A stretch of 64,000 bases of DNA from a virus. Below, piece by piece: positions 43,101-52,036 of the stretch. The position numbers and the translations under genes are program-made. How positions within the stretch are numbered: position 1 is the stretch's first letter; every line of letters starts with the position of its first letter. The stretch covers positions 44,851 to 108,850 of the IMG/VR virus record IMGVR_UViG_3300024255_000011; one strand, given 5' to 3'. The notes under the pieces are model-generated. The model did no database searches and was not told where the DNA came from. It worked only from the letters and a program-made list of their open reading frames with translations.

Positions 43101-46100
43101 TGTACAACAATCTCAGAAACTGAACCAGATAATGTATCTGAGATCTCAACTTCTAATTCATCCTTAGTGGATGTCAGATATATGTTCCTGTATCTTTCAA
43201 CATCATCATAATTGAATATCAGTTTTGTCTCATCATAAGAACTTGCTGCATCATAAACAACAGTGTTGATAGGAACAAGTGATTCATTGATTTCTACACT
43301 GACCTGTTGTGATAATGGTCTGTTACAGAAGGTAGGACCAATGATATATGGATATTCAGGTTCACCTTGATATGTTGTTGTAACAAAGTACGCTCTTATT
43401 CCATCAGGGTACAATTCCTGTGGGAAGTCAGGTGTGTTACAGATTACTGAGTTACATTCATCCAGAAGTCCTGGATATTGTCCATCAATCTTATCTGGTA
43501 ATCTTGCATAAGCAAGATACTCCTTTCCAGATGGATTTGTCTTGATTCTCTCTGGAATCTCTGTATCAATATACTTTCTTTGTAAAAGTTTTTGTATTGC
43601 TGCATCTGGGTCATATGTGTAATCCTCAATGAAAGTACCCATATAATAGGTTGACTCATCAGGAGGAAGTGTTCCAACTGTATCAAAGTTGCCACCACCA
43701 GCAATAAGTTCAGATCTGTCTTCTGCTAACACATAAGAACTTCTGTAATGGACATATCCATCAGAACTGTCATGTTTGTTCGCATAACCATAAGATCCAT
43801 AAATTGGGTTACCATCATACGCCCAACCTAAGATTGGGGAGTGATTATTGGGCACTTCCTCTAAGAAGTCAGCAAGTTTGTCAGGTTTGATAATATATCC
43901 ATAATCTGACCTTACATCTTCTTTATTCTCAAAAACAAACCCATTGTTGATATCATAGTTCCAATTTCTTGTTTCCACAATTTGGTAGTGTCTATCAAAG
44001 TGATAAAACTGAATAAATCCCTCAACTTCTGCATTTTCGCCTTTTGAGGTAATTACACAATAAGTGGAATCTGGATCATAGTCAATTCCAGGATAAACTA
44101 CAGAAACACTGGTAATTTCACCATCTGCAATTTCACATGAGAAAACTGCACCTTTTCCTCTACCAGATGCATCAACTGCACTGATAGTAGGTACATCATT
44201 GTAAAACCGACCTCCACCTGCTAAATTCGCTTTTGTAATCCTTCCAAACTTGTCATAATTGAATAATATGTCTGCACCCTCTCCTCCACTGATTCTGACT
44301 TCAGGATTAGAGGTGTAATTTGTTTTTGTCTCATTTGTGATTCCAACAACTGTTCCCTCATCCAAAATAATGGTTTCATCCACTTTTTGGCCATCAATCA
44401 CCAAAGTGGGATTCACATAACCAGTTCCACCCGCTAAAATCTTATAATGAGTGATTGAACCTTGATAAACCTTGTGTGGGTCATTACAACTGTAAGCAGG
44501 AACACCATCAACAAACAAACCAATGGCATCTGTGCCTTTAGTCAGAATTTGCTCATTTGGAAGGATTCTTTCTCTTCTGGGAATGACATGGAGTTGGTTT
44601 TTGCCAGTTAACTCAGGACCAACTGATAAATCAGATTTTTTGCCTTCAATCACCAAACTAAAGGTATCTGAGTCACTCATAAGATCCTCAAACTTCTCTG
44701 TACCTAAAAGTTCAATGTCCCTGTTACTAAATGGTCCAATAGTGAACATTGGGAGGTTAGAGGATGATGCAAACACATATTTGTCATCAAAATAAATGCC
44801 ACTTATTCCATAAGTGTAATTACTAACAAAATTGACAAATCTTATCCTGTCTGTTTGTGTTGCAAGAAAATCATCATAGTTCTCAATAAGAGAACCCATA
44901 ATTGGTTCCCTGTAGTCAATTCTACCTGGTCCATTAGGAGTTACAATATCAGAGGTTGTATGTAACAACCCTGGATCATGAACCTTAACAGATTTTGCTA
45001 ATCCAAGTGGGAATGACCTTGAGCAGTGAGTTTGTCCATCAGAATCAGTAATATACCCTTCATAATAGTAAGGACCCATAACAGTGGTCCCCTCATGATG
45101 AGGAGCATCAGATCCAATGTACCCACGCTTACAATCAAAGAACTGATTGAAGGACTTTGACCCATAATAGATACCTTCACCCCCAACCACAACAACACCA
45201 CTGTCAGGGAACCCCAGAGTGGTCTCTACAGTGATTGTGTAAACATCCACCCCATCATCATCTGTTCCATACATGAACAGTGGTCTTGTTAACTTGGTTT
45301 TGGGGTTAGCAACAGTTTCCCCATTGATATTGTCCTTCTCAACATAAATTTCATATTGCACTTCATCTTCATAAGAATAATGTGACGCATAATCAACAAT
45401 AATGGATCCATAGATCTTATTATCATTATATGACTTCAGTTGTAACTGAGATCCAATCAATTTGTCTGGATTGGTGGCAGGAAACTCCTGATTAGACAAT
45501 GGGAAGGATACTGGTACTAATCTCAGTAACATTCCTTCATACCAAGTGGAATCAGAAGGAATAATCATCCTGTCTCCAGGATATGACACTTCTATGTCAT
45601 TCTCAGCATAAAGAATCTTGAATAACGCTTTGATACCAAGTTTAGTGCCCTTGGACTGAAAGAAATCTCTAATATTTTCTAATACAGTAGATCTGTCAAT
45701 TAGTTTAGAAACCTTCTTAGCATCAAACCCCTCCGCAAAGGTTTTATGGATGATATCCAAGAAAGCAGACATGAAAAGTCCACTTAAGTTGTAAACTTTG
45801 GCACCAGGGAAGTGACTTGCTGCTTCAGTGGTTTTATACACTGATTCAGTAATAAGATTTCCCAATAATGTTGTTCCAGACGCCCCTCTTTGGAGATCAT
45901 AAAAAATATTACCTGTTCTGTAACGATATAAGATGATTTCATCATCAATCATCAAAATTCCATCTTTTTCTGGAAATCCTTCTCCAGAAAAGAGTACCAG
46001 TTTCTCATCTTCATAACTGGCAAGTATTTGTCTGGACTTATCTAACTGGATTCTACTTTTATTGGTGTCAATTGAGTTATCCAACTCAGTATTGATGAGT

Positions 46101-46363
46101 GGAGTGTAAAGTTGTTCTGTGGATTCAGTTGTATCATTGAATTTCTGGGAAAGATAAGAAAACTCAGTGATTGGTTTGGCATAGGTATCTAAATCCCTAT
46201 ACTTCTGTAAGTTTTGTAATAAATCTTGAGAAAACCCAATGCGCTCTTCACTTTGTTCTGCATATTCCATGAACTCCACAAATCTTGTGTAGTTCTCGAC
46301 AATCCACAGAGGTAGAGTGGTGTCAACTTGTGATGATGGAGTTACCTTCTTATCAAAATTCAT
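40175..46363 (-). CDS. gp7: Baseplate wedge initiator gp7 (expanded, 2062 aa)
   Basis: FFQSKGT..LFKILY, HSPILGWAYDGNPIYG and C-terminal DSYYYQ.FSY.I..HPSG motifs. Synteny after gp6. Confidence 0.85.
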   Translation of the reverse strand: MNFDKKVTPSSQVDTTLPLWIVENYTRFVEFMEYAEQSEERIGFSQDLLQNLQKYRDLDTYAKPITEFSYLSQKFNDTTESTEQLYTPLINTELDNSIDTNKSRIQLDKSRQILASYEDEKLVLFSGEGFPEKDGILMIDDEIILYRYRTGNIFYDLQRGASGTTLLGNLITESVYKTTEAASHFPGAKVYNLSGLFMSAFLDIIHKTFAEGFDAKKVSKLIDRSTVLENIRDFFQSKGTKLGIKALFKILYAENDIEVSYPGDRMIIPSDSTWYEGMLLRLVPVSFPLSNQEFPATNPDKLIGSQLQLKSYNDNKIYGSIIVDYASHYSYEDEVQYEIYVEKDNINGETVANPKTKLTRPLFMYGTDDDGVDVYTITVETTLGFPDSGVVVVGGEGIYYGSKSFNQFFDCKRGYIGSDAPHHEGTTVMGPYYYEGYITDSDGQTHCSRSFPLGLAKSVKVHDPGLLHTTSDIVTPNGPGRIDYREPIMGSLIENYDDFLATQTDRIRFVNFVSNYTYGISGIYFDDKYVFASSSNLPMFTIGPFSNRDIELLGTEKFEDLMSDSDTFSLVIEGKKSDLSVGPELTGKNQLHVIPRRERILPNEQILTKGTDAIGLFVDGVPAYSCNDPHKVYQGSITHYKILAGGTGYVNPTLVIDGQKVDETIILDEGTVVGITNETKTNYTSNPEVRISGGEGADILFNYDKFGRITKANLAGGGRFYNDVPTISAVDASGRGKGAVFSCEIADGEITSVSVVYPGIDYDPDSTYCVITSKGENAEVEGFIQFYHFDRHYQIVETRNWNYDINNGFVFENKEDVRSDYGYIIKPDKLADFLEEVPNNHSPILGWAYDGNPIYGSYGYANKHDSSDGYVHYRSSYVLAEDRSELIAGGGNFDTVGTLPPDESTYYMGTFIEDYTYDPDAAIQKLLQRKYIDTEIPERIKTNPSGKEYLAYARLPDKIDGQYPGLLDECNSVICNTPDFPQELYPDGIRAYFVTTTYQGEPEYPYIIGPTFCNRPLSQQVSVEINESLVPINTVVYDAASSYDETKLIFNYDDVERYRNIYLTSTKDELEVEISDTLSGSVSEIVVQSGLPNTTKVGDITYVDNYDTGGAGAEGRVSFIKGEPVKDSVGEDIRTVVISHIQIVNLNACQFLNPDGSEFIGDRSHVFVRGTGIISSSYAKGVVWDYDVETSDVTIIITSKNLIQYGDTIRDNRKQLILIPNIIDNQGNIILKNYNVNTEEMLEILSEDDQHLLRLYADEKLDKTESGVLTSLGSTTYFGVIEPNVELEELVAGDLWYSNQTGRLFIWYVDEDGSKQWVCTQPTGTLPTVGALDKSHGFDDPNGSSGIQKEQEALLTTISNWAPSERKSGGPLQYGDMWWSPQTALLYMWYGEQWICTDPNGWIPGEHPPSGEGASDVPNWYTPEREHPWKHQYETSLFVIVKLTQPRAMPDGTALRDGVMWWSPITGKMYIRFRSRGQSQWIITNPLGIMPNKYATDVSAHDPSGDGNKPPLRPGPIFPPGDLDDDLLLKYLGLNYIWFEQLKHFYPDDKIRFINGAPGTSGIEEAYIVSIAEGGTPAAAVVRRGDPYIKELLDGTPTFNMTRSLYTIRTKVPHMQRAGDQVIINETVHDELRGKTFEVVESGFVEPAEGYGIVEDGKVIDVELTFRGKYYPDNFYIWFYGNGGVGGYAYCIVAPLSEGGYIKQINVEYGGIHYRQDTCKIIWPKFLDKNQFNIYTPSTLGEDDHLSYYTSSKYPQNEAALVKVTSPGYQYETLPKIEGLYKKYVDRATTKIIMDGTSIKEVQIEYGGNRYSKPRAIFVDLIQSGYGAEADVIVENGAIVEIKIVKPGTDYVEPELILVESKGKYLPLTEDIGKLKSLEVVDPGRKISPDRSLKPELMIHTRVVLLNPTDEFKIGDTAYQGTDFYDMVTATVVDYEPHNQIITLANVSGKLKSGEMLFTERGGNGMVILEGQSDARIVVDGVSSPRGDFLDDTSKISESYAVIQDSYYYQWFSYVISSPLEKSIYDSTVKKVIHPSGFIMFADLRVNDMKTQTFKVDEVQFL

Positions 46364-48222
46364 TGTTTGGCAATCTTATTGTCAATAGAAGCACCGATTG
46401 AGGATTGTGCAATATCCATATTCAAGAATACTGATTCTTTAGCAATAATGTCCTGATTTCTCGGAATTGCTCGAATCTCAATCAACTCATTATCAGTGGT
46501 AACGTTGATGATCTTGATCGGTACCTTATACCCTAGGTAAATGTCACCACTCTCGTAATCAACTGTCCCAAAGTAGTTATCTTTGATAATCTTATCATTT
46601 GTTTCAGTGTAGAAGAAGGTTCTGATGTTACCTTTAGTATCATCCTCCATGTAATAAACCCTCTCATCAAAGATATCATTGATCTCCATCCTAAATCCTG
46701 TAGAACTAACAACAGGGTGGTTACAATCCAACTCAAAGGGGTTAGAGAAACAGATAGAGTAAGTGGCGTTTGTGTTGATGACTGGTTCGATGTCCTTTCT
46801 CAACCTAAAGGAGGTGTTGTTCCTTGTAATTGAGTTATCTGAGTCATCAATCATACCAACAACGAGTGAGTACCTTGCTGCACCCCCAAATTTGGAGACA
46901 ACAGAACTCTCTTTGTATGAGGTTAGGGTATCCTTGACACTTGAGACAATGGCAGAGGAGTCTTTATTGGTTCTTGACTCATCATAGAAGACAGTAGACA
47001 CTATTTCTACATTGACAACGTCTGGATCCACAAAATTAAGGTCCAGTGAAGCGATTCTGTAAGGTTCTAGTGAACTTTTGATATAATTTTTAGTGATTGT
47101 TGAGATTTTATCACCAGTTGTGGGTTTGACTGCAATATAAATCCTTCCATATTGTGGAATGTCCAGTGTTTCTCCACCAAAGACATAAATGTCATCAACA
47201 GCAGGGAAAATTTGACGAATTATTGATTCATAATCCTCTGTTGTAACACATCTTGTCTGTGCTGCGTAATGTTTTGGTGCTCTGTGCTTGATTGAATGTA
47301 AATCTTCAATTTCTGAACCAGAATTCATTACATAAAGATCAGTCAGGATAGAATCTTCATTAACACGACCCCCATAGGAATCAAATACCTTACCAATGAA
47401 GGTATAATTATTCACATCCTGTACACCATTAGCAAGATTGCCATTAGTAACCAGATAAGTCACAGTAATTACTGCACCTGCCTCTAAAGACTTACCAAAG
47501 TAACCATCACCAAAAGTTAATTCATAATATGAATCCTTTGTTTCCTCAACCCAGAATACTCTACTGTCCTGAGTCAATTTAACAAGGTTTGTTGCTTGTT
47601 TGTAATACCTTACACTCTCCTCAGTGGAGTCTTCCTGGACTTCAACTCTGATAGTGGTTGTATCTACATTATTATTCTCTAACAGAAACTTCTGACTGAA
47701 GTCTGTCTTATCTACAGTGAAGGTGTGACTGAGTCTGATGCCTTCGTATGCTTTTACATTGTGAAATTTACATACACCAGAGGAGGAAACAATTGCTGCC
47801 ACCTGTGCATCAAGAATGTTGAATGTAAAACTTGCTGTACCAGTTCCTGCTTGAAGAACTGATCCAGAACTAATTTCAAGAAACTCTGGGTATCCTTGAG
47901 GATAATTATCAAGGTTTAATCTTAGTTCAAGATCAAAGTTTGTAATGGCACATCGTGCAGATGTTGGGAGGTAACCCAACATGTTAGCATTCTCTACAAC
48001 ATTTCCTCGGATTGATGCACTTGCCAAGAATGATTCATTGGCGACCATGTTGGTCGTGTATGCATTCAATTGTGCCTGATAAGCAATCAGATTTAATATG
48101 ACTTGTAGGTTAGATCCTGCAAAATCATAGTCAGTAAACCGATTTGTCGACTTCAGGTAATCAGTAAGATTCTGTTTAATATTCTCAAAGTCTACTTCAG
48201 TAAGTTTTATAGGTGCTGTCAT
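46360..48222 (-). CDS. gp6: Baseplate wedge subunit gp6
   Basis: DFENIKQNL..F.DYDF.GSNL..AY..NM.ANE.FL.SA..R.NVV, Y.LTFGDG..GK and R.VT..DY motifs. Confidence 0.93.
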   Translation of the reverse strand: MTAPIKLTEVDFENIKQNLTDYLKSTNRFTDYDFAGSNLQVILNLIAYQAQLNAYTTNMVANESFLASASIRGNVVENANMLGYLPTSARCAITNFDLELRLNLDNYPQGYPEFLEISSGSVLQAGTGTASFTFNILDAQVAAIVSSSGVCKFHNVKAYEGIRLSHTFTVDKTDFSQKFLLENNNVDTTTIRVEVQEDSTEESVRYYKQATNLVKLTQDSRVFWVEETKDSYYELTFGDGYFGKSLEAGAVITVTYLVTNGNLANGVQDVNNYTFIGKVFDSYGGRVNEDSILTDLYVMNSGSEIEDLHSIKHRAPKHYAAQTRCVTTEDYESIIRQIFPAVDDIYVFGGETLDIPQYGRIYIAVKPTTGDKISTITKNYIKSSLEPYRIASLDLNFVDPDVVNVEIVSTVFYDESRTNKDSSAIVSSVKDTLTSYKESSVVSKFGGAARYSLVVGMIDDSDNSITRNNTSFRLRKDIEPVINTNATYSICFSNPFELDCNHPVVSSTGFRMEINDIFDERVYYMEDDTKGNIRTFFYTETNDKIIKDNYFGTVDYESGDIYLGYKVPIKIINVTTDNELIEIRAIPRNQDIIAKESVFLNMDIAQSSIGASIDNKIAKQ

Positions 48223-48254
48223 GAGCTACCAACTCTTTAGATTTATTTATGGGG

Positions 48255-48683
48255 TCACCTGGTGGGTGCCAGAATGTAGTCTACAAAGAATACCTGGTCA
48301 TTACCAATGATTTCATACCATAAAGAAACCATAAATTCATTTCTGTCGTATCTTGGCTCAACTTTTAACGTTTTTATCTTTGCTCTTGGTTCACCAAATG
48401 TGATAGATCTCTTAATTTCTGTTCTTAACATCTCTGCAGTTGATTCATCAATCAAATCAAAGAGATAATGTCTGGTGTGAGAACCAATATCACGATTGAA
48501 TGGCACTTCAGAGGGTGCAATCATGATTAAATTCTTGATTGCTGCGTTTATTGCTCTTTCATTCAGTAAAACTGTGATATCATTCGTGATTGGATTGGGT
48601 TCAAATGATAAACTGATGTCTACAAATGTTTTTTGAGCCCTCGTAAGCTTAATTTTATCGACTGGTACGTTTATCGATTGCAT
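48255..48683 (-). CDS. gp25: Baseplate wedge subunit gp25
   Basis: F.DISLSF..NP.T.D..L.NE.AI..KNL..E.PF...GS..EPR motifs. Lies immediately upstream of gp6. Confidence 0.92.
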   Translation of the reverse strand: MQSINVPVDKIKLTRAQKTFVDISLSFEPNPITNDITVLLNERAINAAIKNLIMIAPSEVPFNRDIGSHTRHYLFDLIDESTAEMLRTEIKRSITFGEPRAKIKTLKVEPRYDRNEFMVSLWYEIIGNDQVFFVDYILAPTR

Positions 48684-48689
48684 TGCATT

Positions 48690-48713
48690 AAAAAAGGAGG
48701 GCAATTCCCTCCT
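48690..48713 (-). terminator. Intrinsic terminator overlapping the gp25 late promoter
   Basis: AGGAGGG-AATTG-CCCTCCT followed by a T-run on the minus strand. Confidence 0.7.
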
Positions 48714-48718
48714 ATTTA

Positions 48719-48889
48719 TTAGTCAAATAGTGACTCTTCGTCCCACTGAGGGTATTTCTCCTTCAGTTTCTTGATTCTCGCCTGTTCCAAGTACTTATCA
48801 GATTCTGGATTAGTGATTAGTACCTTAGTTCCATGTTCCTGGAACATGGTTTCTTGCAAAAACTCTGGGTAAGCCTGTTCTTGTGTCAT
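48719..48889 (-). CDS. Small hypothetical protein, 56 aa (not in ORF track)
   Basis: MTQEQAYPEFLQETMFQEHGTKVLITNPESDKYLEQ... Late promoter box at 48908-48915. Confidence 0.7.
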   Translation of the reverse strand: MTQEQAYPEFLQETMFQEHGTKVLITNPESDKYLEQARIKKLKEKYPQWDEESLFD

Positions 48890-48910
48890 AACTGTACTCG
48901 TTTTAAGTAT

Positions 48911-49057
48911 TTATTTGGTTCCTTGTCCACGATAACGCTTACGATTGCTGGAATTACTCTTTTTGGAGTACTTCGTGTTTTTGGAACGACCTTGATAAGT
49001 GCGCTTTTGGGTGGGAAGGATTACTTCGTCACCATTTTTTGTAAAGATTCTTGACAT
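48911..49057 (-). CDS. Small basic protein, 48 aa (not in ORF track)
   Basis: MSRIFTKNG...KRTYQGRSKNTKYS...RKRYRGQGTK. I recall the KRYRGQG ending as conserved in T4-like cyanophages. Start overlaps the upstream stop (TAATG). Confidence 0.75.
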   Translation of the reverse strand: MSRIFTKNGDEVILPTQKRTYQGRSKNTKYSKKSNSSNRKRYRGQGTK

Positions 49058-49200
49058 TACAGTGATTTCTCCAAGTTAGTTAGTCTTTCATTCAATTTGT
49101 CCAGTCTTTCAAACACTTCATCTAAGATTTTAGGTAGATTTTGATGTGTTTTACGTCCTGGAGCTCGATACATGAGTTCTACTGACTCATTTTGTTCCAT
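49057..49200 (-). CDS. Small coiled-coil hypothetical protein, ~47 aa
   Basis: Likely start MEQNES; LMYRAPG motif followed by a coiled coil. Confidence 0.65.
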   Translation of the reverse strand: MEQNESVELMYRAPGRKTHQNLPKILDEVFERLDKLNERLTNLEKSL

Positions 49201-49420
49201 AATATTCACTTGGGAGGGGTACTTCGCCTTGCCAAACGTAAGGAATGGTAGCAGTTCGAGCTGCTTGTGGTCCAAACCTTTGCCACATAGAGTAAAACTG
49301 ATCTCTAAGTGACATAGAACAAGGAAACTTCTTCATATTTTCAAGTGTAAGAAGTAAAACTTCCTCCTCAACCTGCTGAGGAGTGATGTTGTAGTAATTA
49401 ACCAATGTGGTTTCAGTCAT
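49187..49420 (-). CDS. Hypothetical protein, 77 aa
   Basis: ATG start preceded by TGTGT-TATAAT (49442-49452). Confidence 0.6.
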   Translation of the reverse strand: MTETTLVNYYNITPQQVEEEVLLLTLENMKKFPCSMSLRDQFYSMWQRFGPQAARTATIPYVWQGEVPLPSEYYGTK

Positions 49421-49454
49421 TATCGAGTGTGTAACTCATTTATTATAACACAAA

Positions 49455-49985
49455 TCACTGTACAATGTAATCTGGAGATGTACCCTCTGGATATGTGGAG
49501 TCAAAAATTTCATCCATTGTTGTCGCATTAAGAATTGAATCCAAAATACTCAAATATGCATTTGACTCAGATGTAATTCTGTTGATTGCAGTTTGGGCCA
49601 AAGAATGTCGTTGATTTTCTGGCAGTATAAACTGCAACATTAGAAGTTGATCTGGAATAAAATTCTCATTGAAATTCTTTCTCTGAGGATTCAACAAGCT
49701 GTCTTTGACCAATCTCATAGCAATTTTCTTTGCTGTTTCCACATGGAAAACGGGAACTCCATTTTCGATGTACATGGCATGTCTGAACCTAACGCTAAAG
49801 TTGATGTTATCCCTAGTGCCATGATCACCTGGGGCAAAAATCACATAATCTGTAATTGAATTTCTCTCAATGAATTTCTCTGCGTCATCAGTGTGATCAG
49901 GTTCGAAATATATTAAATCATACCCTTTAGAGCTGCCAACCGGCATGCCGTTGTTTAATACTTTATATAAGAGTGCTTGGGTCAT
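49455..49985 (-). CDS. Putative tail fibre assembly chaperone, 176 aa
   Basis: Follows the fibre cluster. The AKKIA... and I..ATT..EI endings resemble fibre-assembly proteins. Confidence 0.5.
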   Translation of the reverse strand: MTQALLYKVLNNGMPVGSSKGYDLIYFEPDHTDDAEKFIERNSITDYVIFAPGDHGTRDNINFSVRFRHAMYIENGVPVFHVETAKKIAMRLVKDSLLNPQRKNFNENFIPDQLLMLQFILPENQRHSLAQTAINRITSESNAYLSILDSILNATTMDEIFDSTYPEGTSPDYIVQ

Positions 49986-50012
49986 AACATCATTATGGTT
50001 TATTATTATTTA

Positions 50013-50804
50013 TCATCTAGGTTGTGGATGTTTCCAAGCAAGCACAGAAAGAGAATAGTCAAGTGCGTCTATGTTTCCATCATCTTCTCTGTGAACCTTT
50101 AATTCTACTTTTGCTCCATTTCCACCCCTCGCATCAAGAAAAACTGAAGATGCTATCTGCATACCCTTCATGCTATTTCCTTGATTAGAAAACACAACAG
50201 CCTGATAAGTGTTTTGCTTTGGTGCACCATTTGGGGAAATGTCAAGATCCAAAAATGCTCTACCTGATTTACCTGTTCCTCTACTAGCAGTGCTTCCCCA
50301 CCAATCAGGTTCAGCTCCACCTAGACCAATCCACTCACCTAAATCTGTTACTGGAACTTGAATAGTGACACAATTTCCATCAGCGTCACACTGTTCTTCA
50401 TCTTTAAATCCCCACTGACTTCCACCAAACTCACCTGGACTTGAACCAGATGGGGGATATGGAGGGGACCATGTAGGATCCCATGGTAACGGGATCGATG
50501 TTTGATTTTCTTGACAATTAAATGCACTATGACCAAATGCCATAAAGTGGTCAAACCCTGCAGGAATATTTATAGTGAGAATAGTTACGTGTCCATTTGT
50601 TAATTTAACAGAATTGTTCTTGAATATAGAATCAAAGTGCAAAGTGGAGTCTTGCAGTTCCTCATGAAAAGGAATGTTTTCCCATCTTGGGGTTGTGTTT
50701 CCTCCATTATTAACTAACATGTACCCAGATTTTCCTGGGTCACCATCCAGTAATATTTCACCTTGAGTGGTAAATACTACTTTTTCATTAACATCTGTTG
50801 ACAT
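50013..50804 (-). CDS. Short fibre/tip protein, paralog 3 of 3
   Basis: DVN.K...TQG, N.G..TPRW, R.FLD, YQA.VFS and G.Q motifs shared with the next two ORFs. Confidence 0.7.
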   Translation of the reverse strand: MSTDVNEKVVFTTQGEILLDGDPGKSGYMLVNNGGNTTPRWENIPFHEELQDSTLHFDSIFKNNSVKLTNGHVTILTINIPAGFDHFMAFGHSAFNCQENQTSIPLPWDPTWSPPYPPSGSSPGEFGGSQWGFKDEEQCDADGNCVTIQVPVTDLGEWIGLGGAEPDWWGSTASRGTGKSGRAFLDLDISPNGAPKQNTYQAVVFSNQGNSMKGMQIASSVFLDARGGNGAKVELKVHREDDGNIDALDYSLSVLAWKHPQPR

Positions 50805-50843
50805 AACTATTAAGGAGTTTAAAGGACATTGTTACTAACATGA

Positions 50844-51455
50844 TTAGTCAGGGTCATGCCAAGAAAGAACACTAAGAGAACCATCAACCGCTATAACTGA
50901 CGGCCCTCCATCCATAACTTTTCCCATTACTTTAACATTAAGTGGCGCAGTGTTTCCAGGAGTAATGACTGTGGTGTACACAGTTACTGACATTTGAGAA
51001 CCCTTCATTTCTGCAAAGGTGGAATAACACATAGCTTGATAAGCTGCACTGTTATCATCAGGACCTTTTCTGCTCCTGATTGCATCCATAAAGATTCTGG
51101 GTCTAACCTGCTGAAACGTTTCAGACGTAACAGAAAAGACACAGGAAGCAGAAATAAGATGTCGATCTAATCCAGCTTCAGTGGTGACTTCAAATAATAA
51201 TGTTTCCCCACTACCAATAGGTCGCGCGATATTAAGACCATCTGCAGACTCAGATCTCACTGTAGCATAATCTAATTCTTTAAATGTAGTGAATCTCAAC
51301 CACTTGGGAGGTACTCCAGCACCATTGGATGAAATGCCTTCTTCATTAAGTTCACCACCAGCCAATGAACCGAAGTTCCAACCACCAGCTGGTTCGTTGA
51401 GTTCAATTCCACCTTGAGTGTGAACTCTTACTTTATTGTTGATATCAACAGTCAT
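50844..51455 (-). CDS. Short fibre/tip protein, paralog 2 of 3
   Basis: DINNK..TQG, SNGAG.PPKW, PRIFMD, YQA and GSQMSV motifs. Confidence 0.7.
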   Translation of the reverse strand: MTVDINNKVRVHTQGGIELNEPAGGWNFGSLAGGELNEEGISSNGAGVPPKWLRFTTFKELDYATVRSESADGLNIARPIGSGETLLFEVTTEAGLDRHLISASCVFSVTSETFQQVRPRIFMDAIRSRKGPDDNSAAYQAMCYSTFAEMKGSQMSVTVYTTVITPGNTAPLNVKVMGKVMDGGPSVIAVDGSLSVLSWHDPD

Positions 51456-52036
51456 CGGTAATCCTCCGGGTAAGTGAATCCAAATAATGCAAGGTTTGCA
51501 TCGATTGGTCTAACTTTAGCGTGAGATCCTTCTAGACTTTTCATAGTCATTGAGGCTGTTCTGTCAAATGCACCGCTAAAAGATTTTATTGCTGAGAATG
51601 ACACTGACATTTGTAAACCTTCATAACTCACATACTCAGTATCTTTTGAAAACACAATAGCTTGGTATCCCTGAACCCCTTGATTGTCTATTTTTAAATC
51701 CAAAAACATTCTTGGGGAACTTCCAAATTTTGTTTGATCCTCATCTAAGTTAACACAACAAGTACCAAGAACCAAGTAGTGGGTACACTTTTCTTTCAAA
51801 GAAGTATTAAGTAGTTCTATTTCACCTGCACTACTCATAATAGGGAAGCTGTTTTTGAAATTACTGCTTGCCCTAATAGTAGCCCCCTTGGTATCAGCAA
51901 ATCTAGCAAACCTCCTCCAATCACAAAAGCCACCTGATCCTTTAGACTCTACACCCCAATCTATGTTTCCTGCTCCATTTGCAAGATTCCAGGAACCATC
52001 GGTAGCTATTTTAATCTTAGAATTAACATCTAACAT
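51452..52036 (-). CDS. Short fibre/tip protein, paralog 1 of 3
   Basis: DVNSK..TDG, SKGSG..W, PRMFLD, YQAIVFS and GLQMSV motifs. Confidence 0.7.
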   Translation of the reverse strand: MLDVNSKIKIATDGSWNLANGAGNIDWGVESKGSGGFCDWRRFARFADTKGATIRASSNFKNSFPIMSSAGEIELLNTSLKEKCTHYLVLGTCCVNLDEDQTKFGSSPRMFLDLKIDNQGVQGYQAIVFSKDTEYVSYEGLQMSVSFSAIKSFSGAFDRTASMTMKSLEGSHAKVRPIDANLALFGFTYPEDYR

